Positions 40,540 to 50,880 of a stretch of 64,000 nucleotides of DNA are shown in pieces. Location: positions 8,042-72,041 of the forward strand of contig CASFSS010000007.1 in NCBI GenBank assembly GCA_949297445.1, in the 5' to 3' direction. The stretch comes from an uncultured bacterium. GTDB lineage: Bacteria; Bacillota_I; Bacilli_A; RFN20; CAG-826. The notes under the pieces are model-generated. The model ran no database searches, was not told the origin of the DNA, and was given only the letters and a program-made list of their open reading frames with translations. Position 1 is the stretch's first letter, and each line of letters starts with the position of its first letter. Made by a program: the position numbers and the translations under genes.

Positions 40540-40737
40540 ATGCGAGGCAAAGTAATTAGCTTTAACAAAAATAAAGGGTACGGTTTCATTACAACAGATA
40601 ATGGTGATGACTTATTTTTCCACTATTCCGAATTGGTTATGGACGGTTTTAAAAACATCGATGTTGACCAATTAGTGGAATTTGATGTTGAAGAAACTGA
40701 CCGCGGATTGCGCGCTATTAAGATTCACAAGATTTAA
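40540..40737 (+). CDS. Cold-shock protein (CspA family)
   Basis: RNP1/RNP2 motifs KGYGFI and DLFFHYS; 65 aa. Confidence 0.9.
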   Translation: MRGKVISFNKNKGYGFITTDNGDDLFFHYSELVMDGFKNIDVDQLVEFDVEETDRGLRAIKIHKI

Positions 40738-40806
40738 AAATCTTTTTCTTCAATAGCCCTTTCAATAATTTTAGGCTACCATTATAGATAGTAGAGAGAT
40801 AAAAAT

Positions 40807-41913
40807 ATGGCATTAAAAGCAGGTATTGTTGGTCTTCCAAATGTCGGCAAATCGACACTTTTTAACGCAATTACATTGTCACATGTTGAGGCGGCAAATT
40901 ATCCCTTTGCCACCATTTCTCCAAATGAAGGTGTTGTTTTTGTTCCAGATGAACGTTTGGATTATTTAACTTCTTTGTTTCAACCTAAAAAAACAATCCA
41001 AGCTACTATTGAATTTTTTGATATTGCTGGCCTCGTAAAAGGGGCTAGCCACGGCGAGGGATTAGGAAATCAATTTTTAGGACATATTCGTGAATGTGAT
41101 GCAATTGTTGAAGTGGTGCGCGCTTTCGACGATAAAAATATTATTCATGTTGAAAACAGCGTTGATCCGATTCGTGATGTTGAAACAATCAACTTGGAAC
41201 TATGTTTAGCTGATCTATCAACCGTCACAAAAAGGTTATTAAATATTGAAAATAAAGCTAGGATACAAAAGGATAAAGAGTCTATTTTTGAAGTAAATAT
41301 TTTAACTCGTTTAAAAGATTCATTAGAAAAAGGAAACCCTATTCGTAAACTTGATTTCAAAGCTGAGGAACGCTCGTTTATAGAGAAGAGTTATCATCTT
41401 TTAACTAATAAACCATTAATATATGTCGCAAATGTCAGCGCTGATGATTATATTAATTTAGAAAGTTCTAAACATTATCAGGCTATAAAAGCGCATGGTG
41501 ATAAAGAAGGTACCATGGTTTTGCCAATTTCTTGTCAAATCGAAGAAGAGCTCGCTGGTTTGCCAAAGAATGAGCGACTAGAATTTCTAGAATCGTTAGG
41601 GGCAAAAGAGAGTGGTCTCGATAAAATTATAAAAGCTACTTATCAGTTATTAAATTTATCAACATTTTTTACTGTCGGTCCCGACGAATGTCGTGCATGG
41701 ACTTTTATCAACGGAATGACTGCGCCTGAATGTGCAGGAATTATTCATACCGACTTTCAAAAAGGGTTTATTAAAGCCGAAATTTATTCTTACGATGATA
41801 TTGTTAAATATCAAAGCGAAGCACAAATTAAAGCAGCAGGAAAAATTCGTCAAGAAGGCAAAAATTACATTATGCAAGACGGTGATATTGCATTTTTCAA
41901 ATTTAATGTTTAA
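40807..41913 (+). CDS. ychF: Ribosome-binding ATPase YchF (Ola1)
   Basis: G1 GLPNVGKST, TGS domain, 368 aa. Confidence 0.93.
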   Translation: MALKAGIVGLPNVGKSTLFNAITLSHVEAANYPFATISPNEGVVFVPDERLDYLTSLFQPKKTIQATIEFFDIAGLVKGASHGEGLGNQFLGHIRECDAIVEVVRAFDDKNIIHVENSVDPIRDVETINLELCLADLSTVTKRLLNIENKARIQKDKESIFEVNILTRLKDSLEKGNPIRKLDFKAEERSFIEKSYHLLTNKPLIYVANVSADDYINLESSKHYQAIKAHGDKEGTMVLPISCQIEEELAGLPKNERLEFLESLGAKESGLDKIIKATYQLLNLSTFFTVGPDECRAWTFINGMTAPECAGIIHTDFQKGFIKAEIYSYDDIVKYQSEAQIKAAGKIRQEGKNYIMQDGDIAFFKFNV

Positions 41914-41924
41914 GGAGAATAAAT

Positions 41925-42404
41925 ATGAAATATCGAATTGGCTATAGCGAAGATATCCATCAGTTTAAAGAAGGAAGAAAATTATACCTCGGTGGAATAC
42001 TTATTCCAGATGAAGTGGGTCTAGACGGTCATAGCGACGCAGACGTTGTTATTCATGCGGTGGCCGAATCAATTCTTGGTGCCTTGGCTCTAGGCGATTT
42101 AGGAACCTTCTTTCCAGATAACGATGTCAAGTATGAAGGTATTTCAAGCGTCTTATTATTGCAACAAGTTGTAATGCATATGATAGAAGAAAAGTATGCC
42201 ATCAATAATATCGATATTCAAATAGCCGCCAAGCGACCTCATTTGGCAAAATGGATTCCATTTATGCGCGCTAAATTGGCCGCCATATTAAAAACTGACA
42301 TTGATAATGTTTCAATTAAAGCCATGACTTATAATTACGTAGATTCTATTGGTGTAGGTAAAGCCATTAAAGCTTCTTCGTGTGTTTTATTATGGAAAAA
42401 GTAA
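41925..42404 (+). CDS. ispF: 2-C-methyl-D-erythritol 2,4-cyclodiphosphate synthase
   Basis: IGYSEDIHQF...GHSDADVVIHA motifs; ispF-gltX synteny as in Bacillus. Confidence 0.92.
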   Translation: MKYRIGYSEDIHQFKEGRKLYLGGILIPDEVGLDGHSDADVVIHAVAESILGALALGDLGTFFPDNDVKYEGISSVLLLQQVVMHMIEEKYAINNIDIQIAAKRPHLAKWIPFMRAKLAAILKTDIDNVSIKAMTYNYVDSIGVGKAIKASSCVLLWKK

Positions 42405-43831
42405 ATAAAATTCGTGTTCGTTACGCGCCATCTCCAACTGGCTATTTGCATATTGGCGGTGCTCGAAGTGCTCTATTTAATTATCTTTACGCCAAACACA
42501 ATAATGGTGATTTTGTCGTTCGAATCGAGGATACGGATTTAGCTAGAAACATTCCAGGTGCTGAAGAAAGTCAAATTAATGATTTAGAATGGCTTGGTAT
42601 TGTTGATGACGAATCACCATATAGACCAAATCCTAAATATGCTCCGTATCGCCAGACAGAAAAACTGGAAATATATCGCCGATTTGCAGTGGAATTAGTG
42701 CAAAAAGGCTTTGCTTATGAGTGTTTTTGTACAGAAGAGGAATTGGAAAAATCTAAAGAAGAGCAGCTTGCTAATGGAATATCATCCCCACGTTATGATA
42801 GACGTTGTTTATATCTAAGTGAGGAAGATAAACAAAAATTAAAAGCTCAAGGGCTAACCCCTACAATTCGTTTAAAAATGCCCGATAACGAGTGCATTGA
42901 ATTTGATGATATGGTGCGTGGAAAAATGAAATTCAATAGTGGCGATATCGGTGATTTTGTCATTTTGAAAAGTAATGGGATTCCTACTTATAATTTTGCT
43001 GTCGTAATCGATGATCATTTAATGAATATTACGCATGTCTTACGTGGTGAAGAGCATTTATCTAACACGCCGAAACAAATTCAAATTTATCGTTACTTCG
43101 GTTGGGATGTTCCTCGTTTTGCTCACCTTAGTATAATCGTCAATGAACATGGTAAAAAATTATCGAAGCGCGACAATGATATTCGCCAATTTATATCTGA
43201 ATATAGAGACTTAGGCTATCCTGCCGATGCAATTTTTAATTTTTTATTTTTACTTGGCTTTTCACCTCTTGGCGAACAAGAAATATTTAGTAAAGATGAA
43301 GCAATTCAACTCTTCGATATTGCTCATTTATCTAACGCGCCGTCAATGTTTGATCAAAAGAAATTAGATTGGATGTCGGCTTCTTATATTAAAGCCATGA
43401 GCGACGATGAATATTTGCGTTTTGTAAAACAATTCTTGGATGACAAATATCTTTCTTTTGATTTGCAAACAATTAATTTTCTTTTACTACTTTTTAAGGA
43501 ACAAATTCACCGCGGCAGCGATATTAACTATTTAATGGAAGAAGTATTGTCGGTTGCCGATTTTGATCAAGAAGTTATAGATTATTTGCAAAAAGAGACA
43601 TCAGTTAATGTCATTAATTCTTTTGTTGAAGAAATCCGAAACCTGTCTTCACTTAATAAGGACATGATTAGTGAAGCGTTTAAGAAAGTAAGCGCTAAAT
43701 TGTCATTAAAAGGAAAAGATTTATATATGCCTATCCGCTTAAAACTAACTGGTCGTTATCACGGGTTAGAAATATATAATATCGTCATCGCGCTTGGGAA
43801 GGAAACTACGATAGAAAGACTAAAAAAATAA
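42392..43831 (+). CDS. gltX: Glutamyl-tRNA synthetase
   Basis: HIGG (PSPTGYLHIGGARSALFN) and KMSKS (KLSKR) class I motifs. Start moved to ATG 42392, overlapping the ispF stop. Confidence 0.93.
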   Translation: MEKVNKIRVRYAPSPTGYLHIGGARSALFNYLYAKHNNGDFVVRIEDTDLARNIPGAEESQINDLEWLGIVDDESPYRPNPKYAPYRQTEKLEIYRRFAVELVQKGFAYECFCTEEELEKSKEEQLANGISSPRYDRRCLYLSEEDKQKLKAQGLTPTIRLKMPDNECIEFDDMVRGKMKFNSGDIGDFVILKSNGIPTYNFAVVIDDHLMNITHVLRGEEHLSNTPKQIQIYRYFGWDVPRFAHLSIIVNEHGKKLSKRDNDIRQFISEYRDLGYPADAIFNFLFLLGFSPLGEQEIFSKDEAIQLFDIAHLSNAPSMFDQKKLDWMSASYIKAMSDDEYLRFVKQFLDDKYLSFDLQTINFLLLLFKEQIHRGSDINYLMEEVLSVADFDQEVIDYLQKETSVNVINSFVEEIRNLSSLNKDMISEAFKKVSAKLSLKGKDLYMPIRLKLTGRYHGLEIYNIVIALGKETTIERLKK

Positions 43832-43887
43832 TTTTTTCTCCCTTGTAAGCGCGTGCGTGTTTGTGTATATTATTTTAGAGACAAACT

Positions 43888-45513
43888 ATGGATATAAAAC
43901 AGCAAATTAAAAATCAAATCATTGAAGCATTGGAACGGTTAAATGTTCATTTAGATGTCAACGACATTATTGTTGAACAATGCAAAGACACCAAAAATGG
44001 CGATTATTCAACAAATGTTGCTTTAAAGTACGCAACTAAATTAGGATATAAACCACACGATTTTGCCTTGCTACTAAAAGAAAAAATTGTTGCTCCGTTT
44101 ATTAATAAAATTGAAATAGCCGGTCCGGGTTTTATTAATTTTTTCATCGCTGAAACAAGCATTTTCGCATCGTTAAAAAATATCATTGAGCAAGGCGACG
44201 ATTATGGACGCGGCGAAAAGAAAGATTATCGTATTAATGTTGAATTTGTTAGTGCCAATCCTACCGGGGATTTGCATCTTGGTCATGCGCGTATTGCTAG
44301 TTATGGTGATTCGATGTGCCGTTTATATGAATTTGCTGGATACGATGTAACGAGAGAATATTATGTAAATGATGGCGGACATCAAGTTGACAATTTAGCA
44401 CTATCTTTAAAAGCAAGATATCATCAATTATTTGATAAGAATTATCCGATGCCAGAAGACGGCTATTATGGTGAAGATATCGTTGATATCGCTAAAAAAA
44501 TTAAGGAAAAAGATGGCGATAAATTCTTGGCGGAAACTGAAGAAAATTTAGCTTTTTTTAAGCGCTACGGAATCGATGCTGAACTAAATAAAATTAAGAC
44601 AGATTTAGATTATTTCCGCGTTCATTTTGATGTCTTCACATATGAGAGCGATATTCGCGCTAATAATCGCGTTGCAGATGTTTTGAATAATTTATATAAA
44701 AATTATACATATGAACTTGATGGAGCGGTTTTCTTAAAAACGACCGATTTCTTAGATGATAAGGATCGACCAGTCGTTAAATCCGATGGTTCATATACTT
44801 ATTTGATGCCTGACATAGTTTATCACTTGGATAAAATGAGCCGTGGTTATGATTTATTAATCGATTTATTAGGCGCCGATCATCATGGTTACATCAATCG
44901 ATTAAAAAGCGCCATGATGATGCAAGGTTATAAGAAAGAATCCATCGAAGTTGAACTTGTGCAAATGGTCCGTTTAATTAAAGACGGTGCAGAAGTAAAG
45001 ATGTCTAAAAGAACTGGCAACGCCATTTCTTTGCGCGAATTGTGCGATGAAGTTGGCGTAGATGCCGTTAGATACTTCTTTGTCGCAAGAGACGCCATGT
45101 CACATTTAGATTTTAATCTAAATTTAGCGACCGAACATAGCGAAGCAAATCCAGTCTTTTATTGCCAATATGCGCACGCTCGTCTATGTCGCATGCTTGA
45201 ACTTAGTAAGGATATTGCGATAGACTTAAATGGGACATATTTAGGCGAAGCTTCGGAAGTCGCTTTGGCAAAAGCATTAATTTCGTTTCCTTCCGTCGTA
45301 CAGACTGTTGCGCTACAAAGAAAACCTAATAAGATAACAACGTACATCCAGTCGTTAGCAACTCTTATTCACGAGTTCTACACCGAATGCCGTGTTATAG
45401 ATCGTGAACATCTAGAACTATGCAAGTCGCGTTTGGCGCTTGTCTTAGCCGCTAAGATTGTCATGAGAAACGCACTAAATTTACTCGGATTAAGTGCTCC
45501 AAATAATATGTAA
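43888..45513 (+). CDS. argS: Arginyl-tRNA synthetase
   Basis: ANPTGDLHLGHAR (HIGH) and KMSKRTGN motifs; 541 aa. Confidence 0.93.
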   Translation: MDIKQQIKNQIIEALERLNVHLDVNDIIVEQCKDTKNGDYSTNVALKYATKLGYKPHDFALLLKEKIVAPFINKIEIAGPGFINFFIAETSIFASLKNIIEQGDDYGRGEKKDYRINVEFVSANPTGDLHLGHARIASYGDSMCRLYEFAGYDVTREYYVNDGGHQVDNLALSLKARYHQLFDKNYPMPEDGYYGEDIVDIAKKIKEKDGDKFLAETEENLAFFKRYGIDAELNKIKTDLDYFRVHFDVFTYESDIRANNRVADVLNNLYKNYTYELDGAVFLKTTDFLDDKDRPVVKSDGSYTYLMPDIVYHLDKMSRGYDLLIDLLGADHHGYINRLKSAMMMQGYKKESIEVELVQMVRLIKDGAEVKMSKRTGNAISLRELCDEVGVDAVRYFFVARDAMSHLDFNLNLATEHSEANPVFYCQYAHARLCRMLELSKDIAIDLNGTYLGEASEVALAKALISFPSVVQTVALQRKPNKITTYIQSLATLIHEFYTECRVIDREHLELCKSRLALVLAAKIVMRNALNLLGLSAPNNM

Positions 45514-45524
45514 GGAGGATTAAT

Positions 45525-45896
45525 ATGTTAGAAAAATCGTTGGTTGACTATGCTTACGATATTCTTGCTGGTCGTCAAGAACCAGTCGTCTTTAAAGAAT
45601 TGTGGAATCAAGTGGTGATCGATGCAGGTCTTGAGGAAGAGGAAGCTGCTCGCCGCGTCGCTCAATTTTATACAAATCTTTCACTTGATGGACGCTTTGT
45701 AACTTTAACTGATAACAATTGGGATCTCCGTTCTCGTCATCCTTTCTCACAAGTTCATATCGATATGAATGAAGTTTATACCGATGAAGATGAAGAAACC
45801 AGCGTTGATGCCGAAACAGAATTAGAAGGTGTTTCTGAAGACGGCGCAATGATTGGTGATGACTACGATGATTCCGATGAAGAAAGTGAATATTAA
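45525..45896 (+). CDS. rpoE: RNA polymerase delta subunit
   Basis: HARE-HTH N-domain followed by a long Asp/Glu-rich tail; 123 aa. Confidence 0.8.
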   Translation: MLEKSLVDYAYDILAGRQEPVVFKELWNQVVIDAGLEEEEAARRVAQFYTNLSLDGRFVTLTDNNWDLRSRHPFSQVHIDMNEVYTDEDEETSVDAETELEGVSEDGAMIGDDYDDSDEESEY

Positions 45897-45919
45897 TTTT
45901 AGCGAAAGGAGATTTTATT

Positions 45920-46777
45920 ATGTGCTTAGTTAATATGAATGAAATGCTGAATAAGGCTCGTGAAGGTCATTATGCAGTAGGACAATTTAACATCAACAAT
46001 CTTGAATGGATTCAAGCTATTTTAAACGAAGTCCAAGAACTCAAGGCTCCAGTCATTTTAGGTGTATCGGAAGGCGCTGCCAAGTATATGGGTGGTTGGA
46101 ATGTTATTGTGGCGATGGTCACATCTTATATCAAATCGAAAAACATCACCGTGCCAGTCGCTTTGCACCTTGATCACGGCTCATCTTTTGATGTTTGTAA
46201 AGCAGCAATTGATGCTGGCTTTTCAAGCGTAATGATTGATGCATCGCATTTCCCGTTCGAAGAAAATATCAAAATCACCACCGAAGTCGTCGAGTATGCT
46301 CACGCACGTGGGGTATCGGTTGAATCTGAATTAGGTCGTGTCGGTGGTCAAGAAGATCATGTTGTGGCCGAATCGATGTATGCCATTCCAGAAGAATGTG
46401 TCGAACTTGTCAAAAGAACAAAAATCGATTGCCTTGCACCAGCTTTAGGAAGCGTGCATGGTCCATACCACGGTGAGCCAAAATTAGGCTTTAAAGAAAT
46501 GAAAGAAATTGCCGACTTAGTAAAGATCCCTTTAGTTTTACATGGTGGAAGTGGTATTCCAGATTTCCAAATCAAGAAAGCAATTGAATGCGGAACCTGC
46601 AAAATTAATGTCAACACTGAATGTCAACAAGAATGGACGAAAATTGTTCGTCAAGTACTTGAAACAAATAAATCCGTTTATGATCCTCGCAAGATCATCG
46701 GCCCCGGAATGGAAGGTATTCGCCAAGTTGTGCGAGCTAAATGTGAAATTTTTGGCTCCATCGGCAAGGCTGAATAG
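45920..46777 (+). CDS. fba: Fructose-bisphosphate aldolase, class II
   Basis: [10 protein letters not shown]...YAVGQFN N-terminus matches B. subtilis FbaA; LHLDHG zinc site. Confidence 0.93.
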   Translation: MCLVNMNEMLNKAREGHYAVGQFNINNLEWIQAILNEVQELKAPVILGVSEGAAKYMGGWNVIVAMVTSYIKSKNITVPVALHLDHGSSFDVCKAAIDAGFSSVMIDASHFPFEENIKITTEVVEYAHARGVSVESELGRVGGQEDHVVAESMYAIPEECVELVKRTKIDCLAPALGSVHGPYHGEPKLGFKEMKEIADLVKIPLVLHGGSGIPDFQIKKAIECGTCKINVNTECQQEWTKIVRQVLETNKSVYDPRKIIGPGMEGIRQVVRAKCEIFGSIGKAE

Positions 46778-46797
46778 TTCCACCTTCTTGGTGCCTA

Positions 46798-47775
46798 TTG
46801 ATGGATAAAAAAATTGCCAAAAAATTATTAAAAATAATTAAGCAGCACGATGTCATAACCATCTATGGTCATATTAATCCTGACTGTGACTGCTATGGTT
46901 CTAGTATTGGCTTGCGCGAAATATTGCGTGACAATTTTCCTCATAAAAGAATATATGCCCTCGGTTTTGGCCCGGCGTATGTTTTTGAACATTTTCCTAA
47001 TTATGATGTCGTCGATGATGAAACTATCGCCCGTTCATTAGCTATCATTGTCGACTGTTCGGAAATTTGTCGCGTGAGTGAGCAACGAATATCGTTAGCG
47101 AAAGAAATAATTAAAATTGATCACCACATAGAAACGAATAAATATGATGGTTTTTCCTGGGTGGATACTAGCTATATTGCTGCCGCGCAGATGATTGCCG
47201 ATTTTGCTTTCACCACGCGACTTCGTGTCAGCAAAAAAGCCGCAGAATGCCTATATTTAGGTATTTTAACGGATTCGGGCCGCTTTAGATATTCACCGAC
47301 TGATGGCAATACTCACCGTATTGTTGCTCGGCTTTATGATTTAGGTGTCGACCCTAAACCAATGTTTGATATGCTTTACCAAAGCGATGCTATTTATGTT
47401 AAATATCAAGCGCATTTAGTTTCTCAATTTTTAACAACCGAGCACGGCGTCATTTATCGTTTTATTGACGAGCCGGATTATGCACAATACGGCTTAACGT
47501 TTGATGAAGTATCTAAGAATGTCAATATGTTAGGAAATATTAAAGGTTGTCCGATTTGGGCGCTATTTACCCGTTCGTCTGAAGGCTTTATTCGTGTCGA
47601 ATTGCGTAGCAAGAATTTAAATATTCAGCAGATTGCGACGAAGTATGGTGGTGGTGGACATTTGCATGCTTCTGGCATTAGAATCCCCCAAGGTAATGAA
47701 TGGGATGTTGCGCGTGCGATTGTGGCCGATTTAGACGAATTAGCCGCTAAGGGAGATACAAATGAACAAAATTAA
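46798..47775 (+). CDS. nrnA: Bifunctional oligoribonuclease / pAp phosphatase NrnA (DHH-DHHA1)
   Basis: DHH motif (IDHH) and DHHA1 GGGGHLHASG. Confidence 0.85.
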   Translation: MMDKKIAKKLLKIIKQHDVITIYGHINPDCDCYGSSIGLREILRDNFPHKRIYALGFGPAYVFEHFPNYDVVDDETIARSLAIIVDCSEICRVSEQRISLAKEIIKIDHHIETNKYDGFSWVDTSYIAAAQMIADFAFTTRLRVSKKAAECLYLGILTDSGRFRYSPTDGNTHRIVARLYDLGVDPKPMFDMLYQSDAIYVKYQAHLVSQFLTTEHGVIYRFIDEPDYAQYGLTFDEVSKNVNMLGNIKGCPIWALFTRSSEGFIRVELRSKNLNIQQIATKYGGGGHLHASGIRIPQGNEWDVARAIVADLDELAAKGDTNEQN

Positions 47776-48544
47776 CGTTCTAAACAAGATGTTAGAAGCA
47801 GCTCGCTTGGCAGCTAAAAAAATTCTTGAAATTTATCATAGCGACAATCTTGGCGTCGAAATCAAAGATGATAATTCACCCGTCACACTGGCCGATAAGG
47901 CAAGTAATGACGTAATAATTGATGTATTGAGCAAAGCTTTCCCAACAGTCGCCATTTTAAGCGAAGAAAGAAGCGACGATATGAAACGGTTAGATAATCC
48001 TTTTGTCTTCGTGATAGATCCACTTGATGGAACCAAAGATTTTATTGCTAGAAATGATCAATTTACCATCAATATTGCTTTGGTAGAAAATCATGTTGCC
48101 GTCATTGGGGTTATTATGTTGCCGGTTCAAGATGAAATATTTTATGCAATTAAAGGTGAAGGAGCTTTTCTTATTCGCGCTGGTGCTCAAAAACAAATTT
48201 TTTGTTCGAAAAAGGAAAGAGATATAACAGTATATACCTCTAATTTTCATTTCAATGAAAAGGAAGCCGCCATGATTGAAAAGCATCGCGACAAAATCCA
48301 AAATGTCTTACCTCTAGGCTCTTCTATTAAAGGTTGTTACATTGCTGAAGGAAAGGCTGAACTTACCTATCGCTTTTCGCCTAACACCAAAGAGTGGGAT
48401 ACGGCTGCTATGCAAGTCATCGTTGAAGAAAGCGGCGCTTTTTTGCTAAAGCCGGATGGTCAACCAATTAAATACAATCGCCCTGATGTTTATAATCGCG
48501 AAGGTTATGTTATTTGTAATTCACGCCAAAATTTTTTATTATAA
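47762..48544 (+). CDS. Inositol monophosphatase family protein (CysQ-type 3'(2'),5'-bisphosphate nucleotidase candidate)
   Basis: IMPase fingerprint VIDPLDGTKDFI; overlaps the nrnA end. Confidence 0.75.
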   Translation: MNKINVLNKMLEAARLAAKKILEIYHSDNLGVEIKDDNSPVTLADKASNDVIIDVLSKAFPTVAILSEERSDDMKRLDNPFVFVIDPLDGTKDFIARNDQFTINIALVENHVAVIGVIMLPVQDEIFYAIKGEGAFLIRAGAQKQIFCSKKERDITVYTSNFHFNEKEAAMIEKHRDKIQNVLPLGSSIKGCYIAEGKAELTYRFSPNTKEWDTAAMQVIVEESGAFLLKPDGQPIKYNRPDVYNREGYVICNSRQNFLL

Positions 48545-48588
48545 AAAATGTTAAATATCAAAAACTATTTGTAGAAAGGAAGATAATT

Positions 48589-50154
48589 ATGAAAAAAACT
48601 AAACTTCTATCGTTAGCTTTAATTGCCCCTCTTTTATTTTCGTGTAACGCCGATAATACAATTAATGTCGAAGAGTTGAAAGCTTTTACTCCTACTTATG
48701 TTCAGCCAGAAAATAAAAATACTGGTGACCCTGTTATAAATGAAAATGGTCAAGTGGTTTTTGATTTTTATGGAATAAGTGATTTTCACGGGGCGGTTGT
48801 TGATGATATTGATAGCAATCAGCCAGGACTAGCGATGCTTGGCAATCATTTTGATCAAGTGCGAGCAAATAATACCGGCGGAACTATTTTATTAGCTGGC
48901 GGTGACATGTATCAAGGAAGCGCTGATAGCAATTTAACATATGGAAATTTAGTTACTTATGGTATGAATGTTATACAATTTGATGCAATGACTATTGGCA
49001 ACCACGAGTTTGATTGGGGGGTAGAATGGATTGAAGACAATGCAAATCGAGCCACTTTCCCATTTTTAGCCGCAAATGTTACCTTAAAAGGTACTACTAC
49101 TAACCCTGACTTTGTTTCTCCTTATACAATTGTAACGCGTGGAGATTATCGAATTGGTATCATTGGTACCATTGGCGAAAATATCAAAAATACGATTTTG
49201 GCCAGCGCTATTGCCGATTTTGATTTTTTAGATGAAGTTGAAATTGTTGATAATATTGCCGAAGAACTACGCACGGATGAAGATTGTGATATTGTCGTTT
49301 GGACAACGCACAATGACTATGGCAATATAACTCAAAAATTAACATCGACGGTGCCAAATGTCGATGCCATTTTTGCTGCTCATAGTCACACTAACTACTC
49401 CTCCTCGATTACCAGCAAAGATATTCCTATTGTTGAAACAACCAATTATGGAGAAGCAGTGGCTCATATCCGCTTGCTTTTAAATCCGACAACAGGTGAG
49501 GTAACTTATAAAACTTGTGAAACAACAAATGTGTTATCAAGCGCTTATATGTTAACCAAAGATGCTACTATCGATTCGATATATTCGCAATACGCTAGCA
49601 AATTTATTGATCCTTATAAAAACAAGGTTGTCGGTTCGCTAGCCGATGATTTTTCGATAACTGAATTGGCTAATTTCGCTTGCAAAACAATGATGGATAC
49701 CATTAATAACGACGCTCAATACGCCTACGATATTGTCGCCGGTTTTCATAATCGCAACGGTGGTGTACGTAAGGAATTAGCAGCCGGAACTTTAACGTTT
49801 GGTCAAGTTTATGAATGTTTCCCGTTCGATAATGAAATAGTTATTTTAAAAGTTTTAGGAAGCGATTTAGCAAGATATTTACAAGCCGGTGGCAATTATA
49901 GTTTCTATCGTCTCATCGAGCTTAGTCAAATTGACCGCTCCGCCAGTTACTATATTGTGACAACCGATTTTCTTTCTAGCGGTACAAACCCATATACTTC
50001 TTATCAAGAAATTATCTATACAAAAATGAACGTCCGCGACGTTGTGGTTGATGAAATGAAATCCCTTTCGGGTGTGACTTCTATTGGTTGCTCGACTTCA
50101 TCTATTTCTGACGATGATTATAGCGGAAGTGCTTTCTCGCTATCTTTATTTTAA
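48589..50154 (+). CDS. Surface lipoprotein 5'-nucleotidase / calcineurin-like metallophosphoesterase (UshA family)
   Basis: Lipobox LFSC; GISDFHG, GGDMYQG and GNHEFDWG metallophosphatase motifs; C-terminal 5'-nucleotidase substrate-binding-like domain. Confidence 0.75.
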   Translation: MKKTKLLSLALIAPLLFSCNADNTINVEELKAFTPTYVQPENKNTGDPVINENGQVVFDFYGISDFHGAVVDDIDSNQPGLAMLGNHFDQVRANNTGGTILLAGGDMYQGSADSNLTYGNLVTYGMNVIQFDAMTIGNHEFDWGVEWIEDNANRATFPFLAANVTLKGTTTNPDFVSPYTIVTRGDYRIGIIGTIGENIKNTILASAIADFDFLDEVEIVDNIAEELRTDEDCDIVVWTTHNDYGNITQKLTSTVPNVDAIFAAHSHTNYSSSITSKDIPIVETTNYGEAVAHIRLLLNPTTGEVTYKTCETTNVLSSAYMLTKDATIDSIYSQYASKFIDPYKNKVVGSLADDFSITELANFACKTMMDTINNDAQYAYDIVAGFHNRNGGVRKELAAGTLTFGQVYECFPFDNEIVILKVLGSDLARYLQAGGNYSFYRLIELSQIDRSASYYIVTTDFLSSGTNPYTSYQEIIYTKMNVRDVVVDEMKSLSGVTSIGCSTSSISDDDYSGSAFSLSLF

Positions 50155-50391
50155 TTATTCAACAACTTTGACGCCTAAAACGCCTTCAACTTCTTCTTGA
50201 AGAATTATTTCTACTCCCTCAGAAATTGTTACATCTATTAAGGAGCATCCAACGCATGCTCCTTTCATTCTTATATAGACAATTCCGTCTTTGAAATCGA
50301 CATATTCTAAATCGCCACCATCACGGCGAATGAAGGGGCGCATTTTTTCTAGTGTTGCTTTGATTTGTTCAATTTGTGTTTCTAAATCCAT
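50155..50391 (-). CDS. NifU C-terminal-domain (Nfu-type) Fe-S assembly protein
   Basis: GACVGCS CxxC motif. Start moved to the internal Met (MDLETQIEQ...) at 50391; TATAAT lies 7-12 nt upstream, so the transcript may be leaderless or short-leadered. Confidence 0.7.
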   Translation of the reverse strand: MDLETQIEQIKATLEKMRPFIRRDGGDLEYVDFKDGIVYIRMKGACVGCSLIDVTISEGVEIILQEEVEGVLGVKVVE

Positions 50392-50455
50392 TTTGCAAGT
50401 GTGTATTATATAAACCTTGCAAATCTTTTGCAAGAATTGTGATAAGATATTTTTA
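50392..50455. promoter_or_regulatory. Divergent promoter region with a TTGCAAA-N3-TTTGCAA inverted repeat (candidate operator)
   Basis: TTGCAA-17nt-TATAAT reads toward the nfu-like gene on the minus strand. A 17-bp palindrome at 50417-50433 overlaps its -35; a third TTGCAAG copy sits at 50393-50399. Confidence 0.45.
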
Positions 50456-50836
50456 ATGAAAATACTAAAATTAAATAAAACACATTTAAAGATTCTGTAC
50501 CCTATTTATGTCTTTAACGAACAGAAAGGTTATTTGACTAAAGATGGTTTAGAAGCCCTTTTAAAAGGGGACATTGCCGATGATACTTTAAAGAACATTC
50601 CTTCTTATGGCACTTTAATATCGATTAAAGGTCGTCAACTAGCTAGTTTATTAAATGCGTTATGCCGATATGGCTATCTAAGATTATTTTATTTTGAAAA
50701 TGACGATAATAAATATTACGCCATTACTGAAAAAGGCAAAGTAGAAGCTTTGAAATTTATTGACAAAGCATCAAAATTAACGGCAAAAACAAAGCGACCG
50801 AAGACACCGGTTTTATATCGATTTATAAATAAATAA
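50456..50836 (+). CDS. Hypothetical small protein with an RQC/HTH_40-like winged-helix signature
   Basis: ...NIPSYGTLISIKGRQLASLLNALCRYGYLRL...YYAITEKG resembles RecQ-C-terminal-type winged helices. The start is ambiguous (ATG 50456 or TTG 50417, which would add MQIFCKNCDKIFL). Confidence 0.4.
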   Translation: MKILKLNKTHLKILYPIYVFNEQKGYLTKDGLEALLKGDIADDTLKNIPSYGTLISIKGRQLASLLNALCRYGYLRLFYFENDDNKYYAITEKGKVEALKFIDKASKLTAKTKRPKTPVLYRFINK

Positions 50837-50880
50837 AAAGACCGAATCATCGGTCTTATTTTTGTTCTATACCAAGTAAA

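Noticed and set aside
43832-43887. T-box leader upstream of argS (and gltX)
   Set aside because: The intergenic space is only 56 nt, far too short for a T-box. gltX starts inside ispF, so these genes appear to be read through from upstream.
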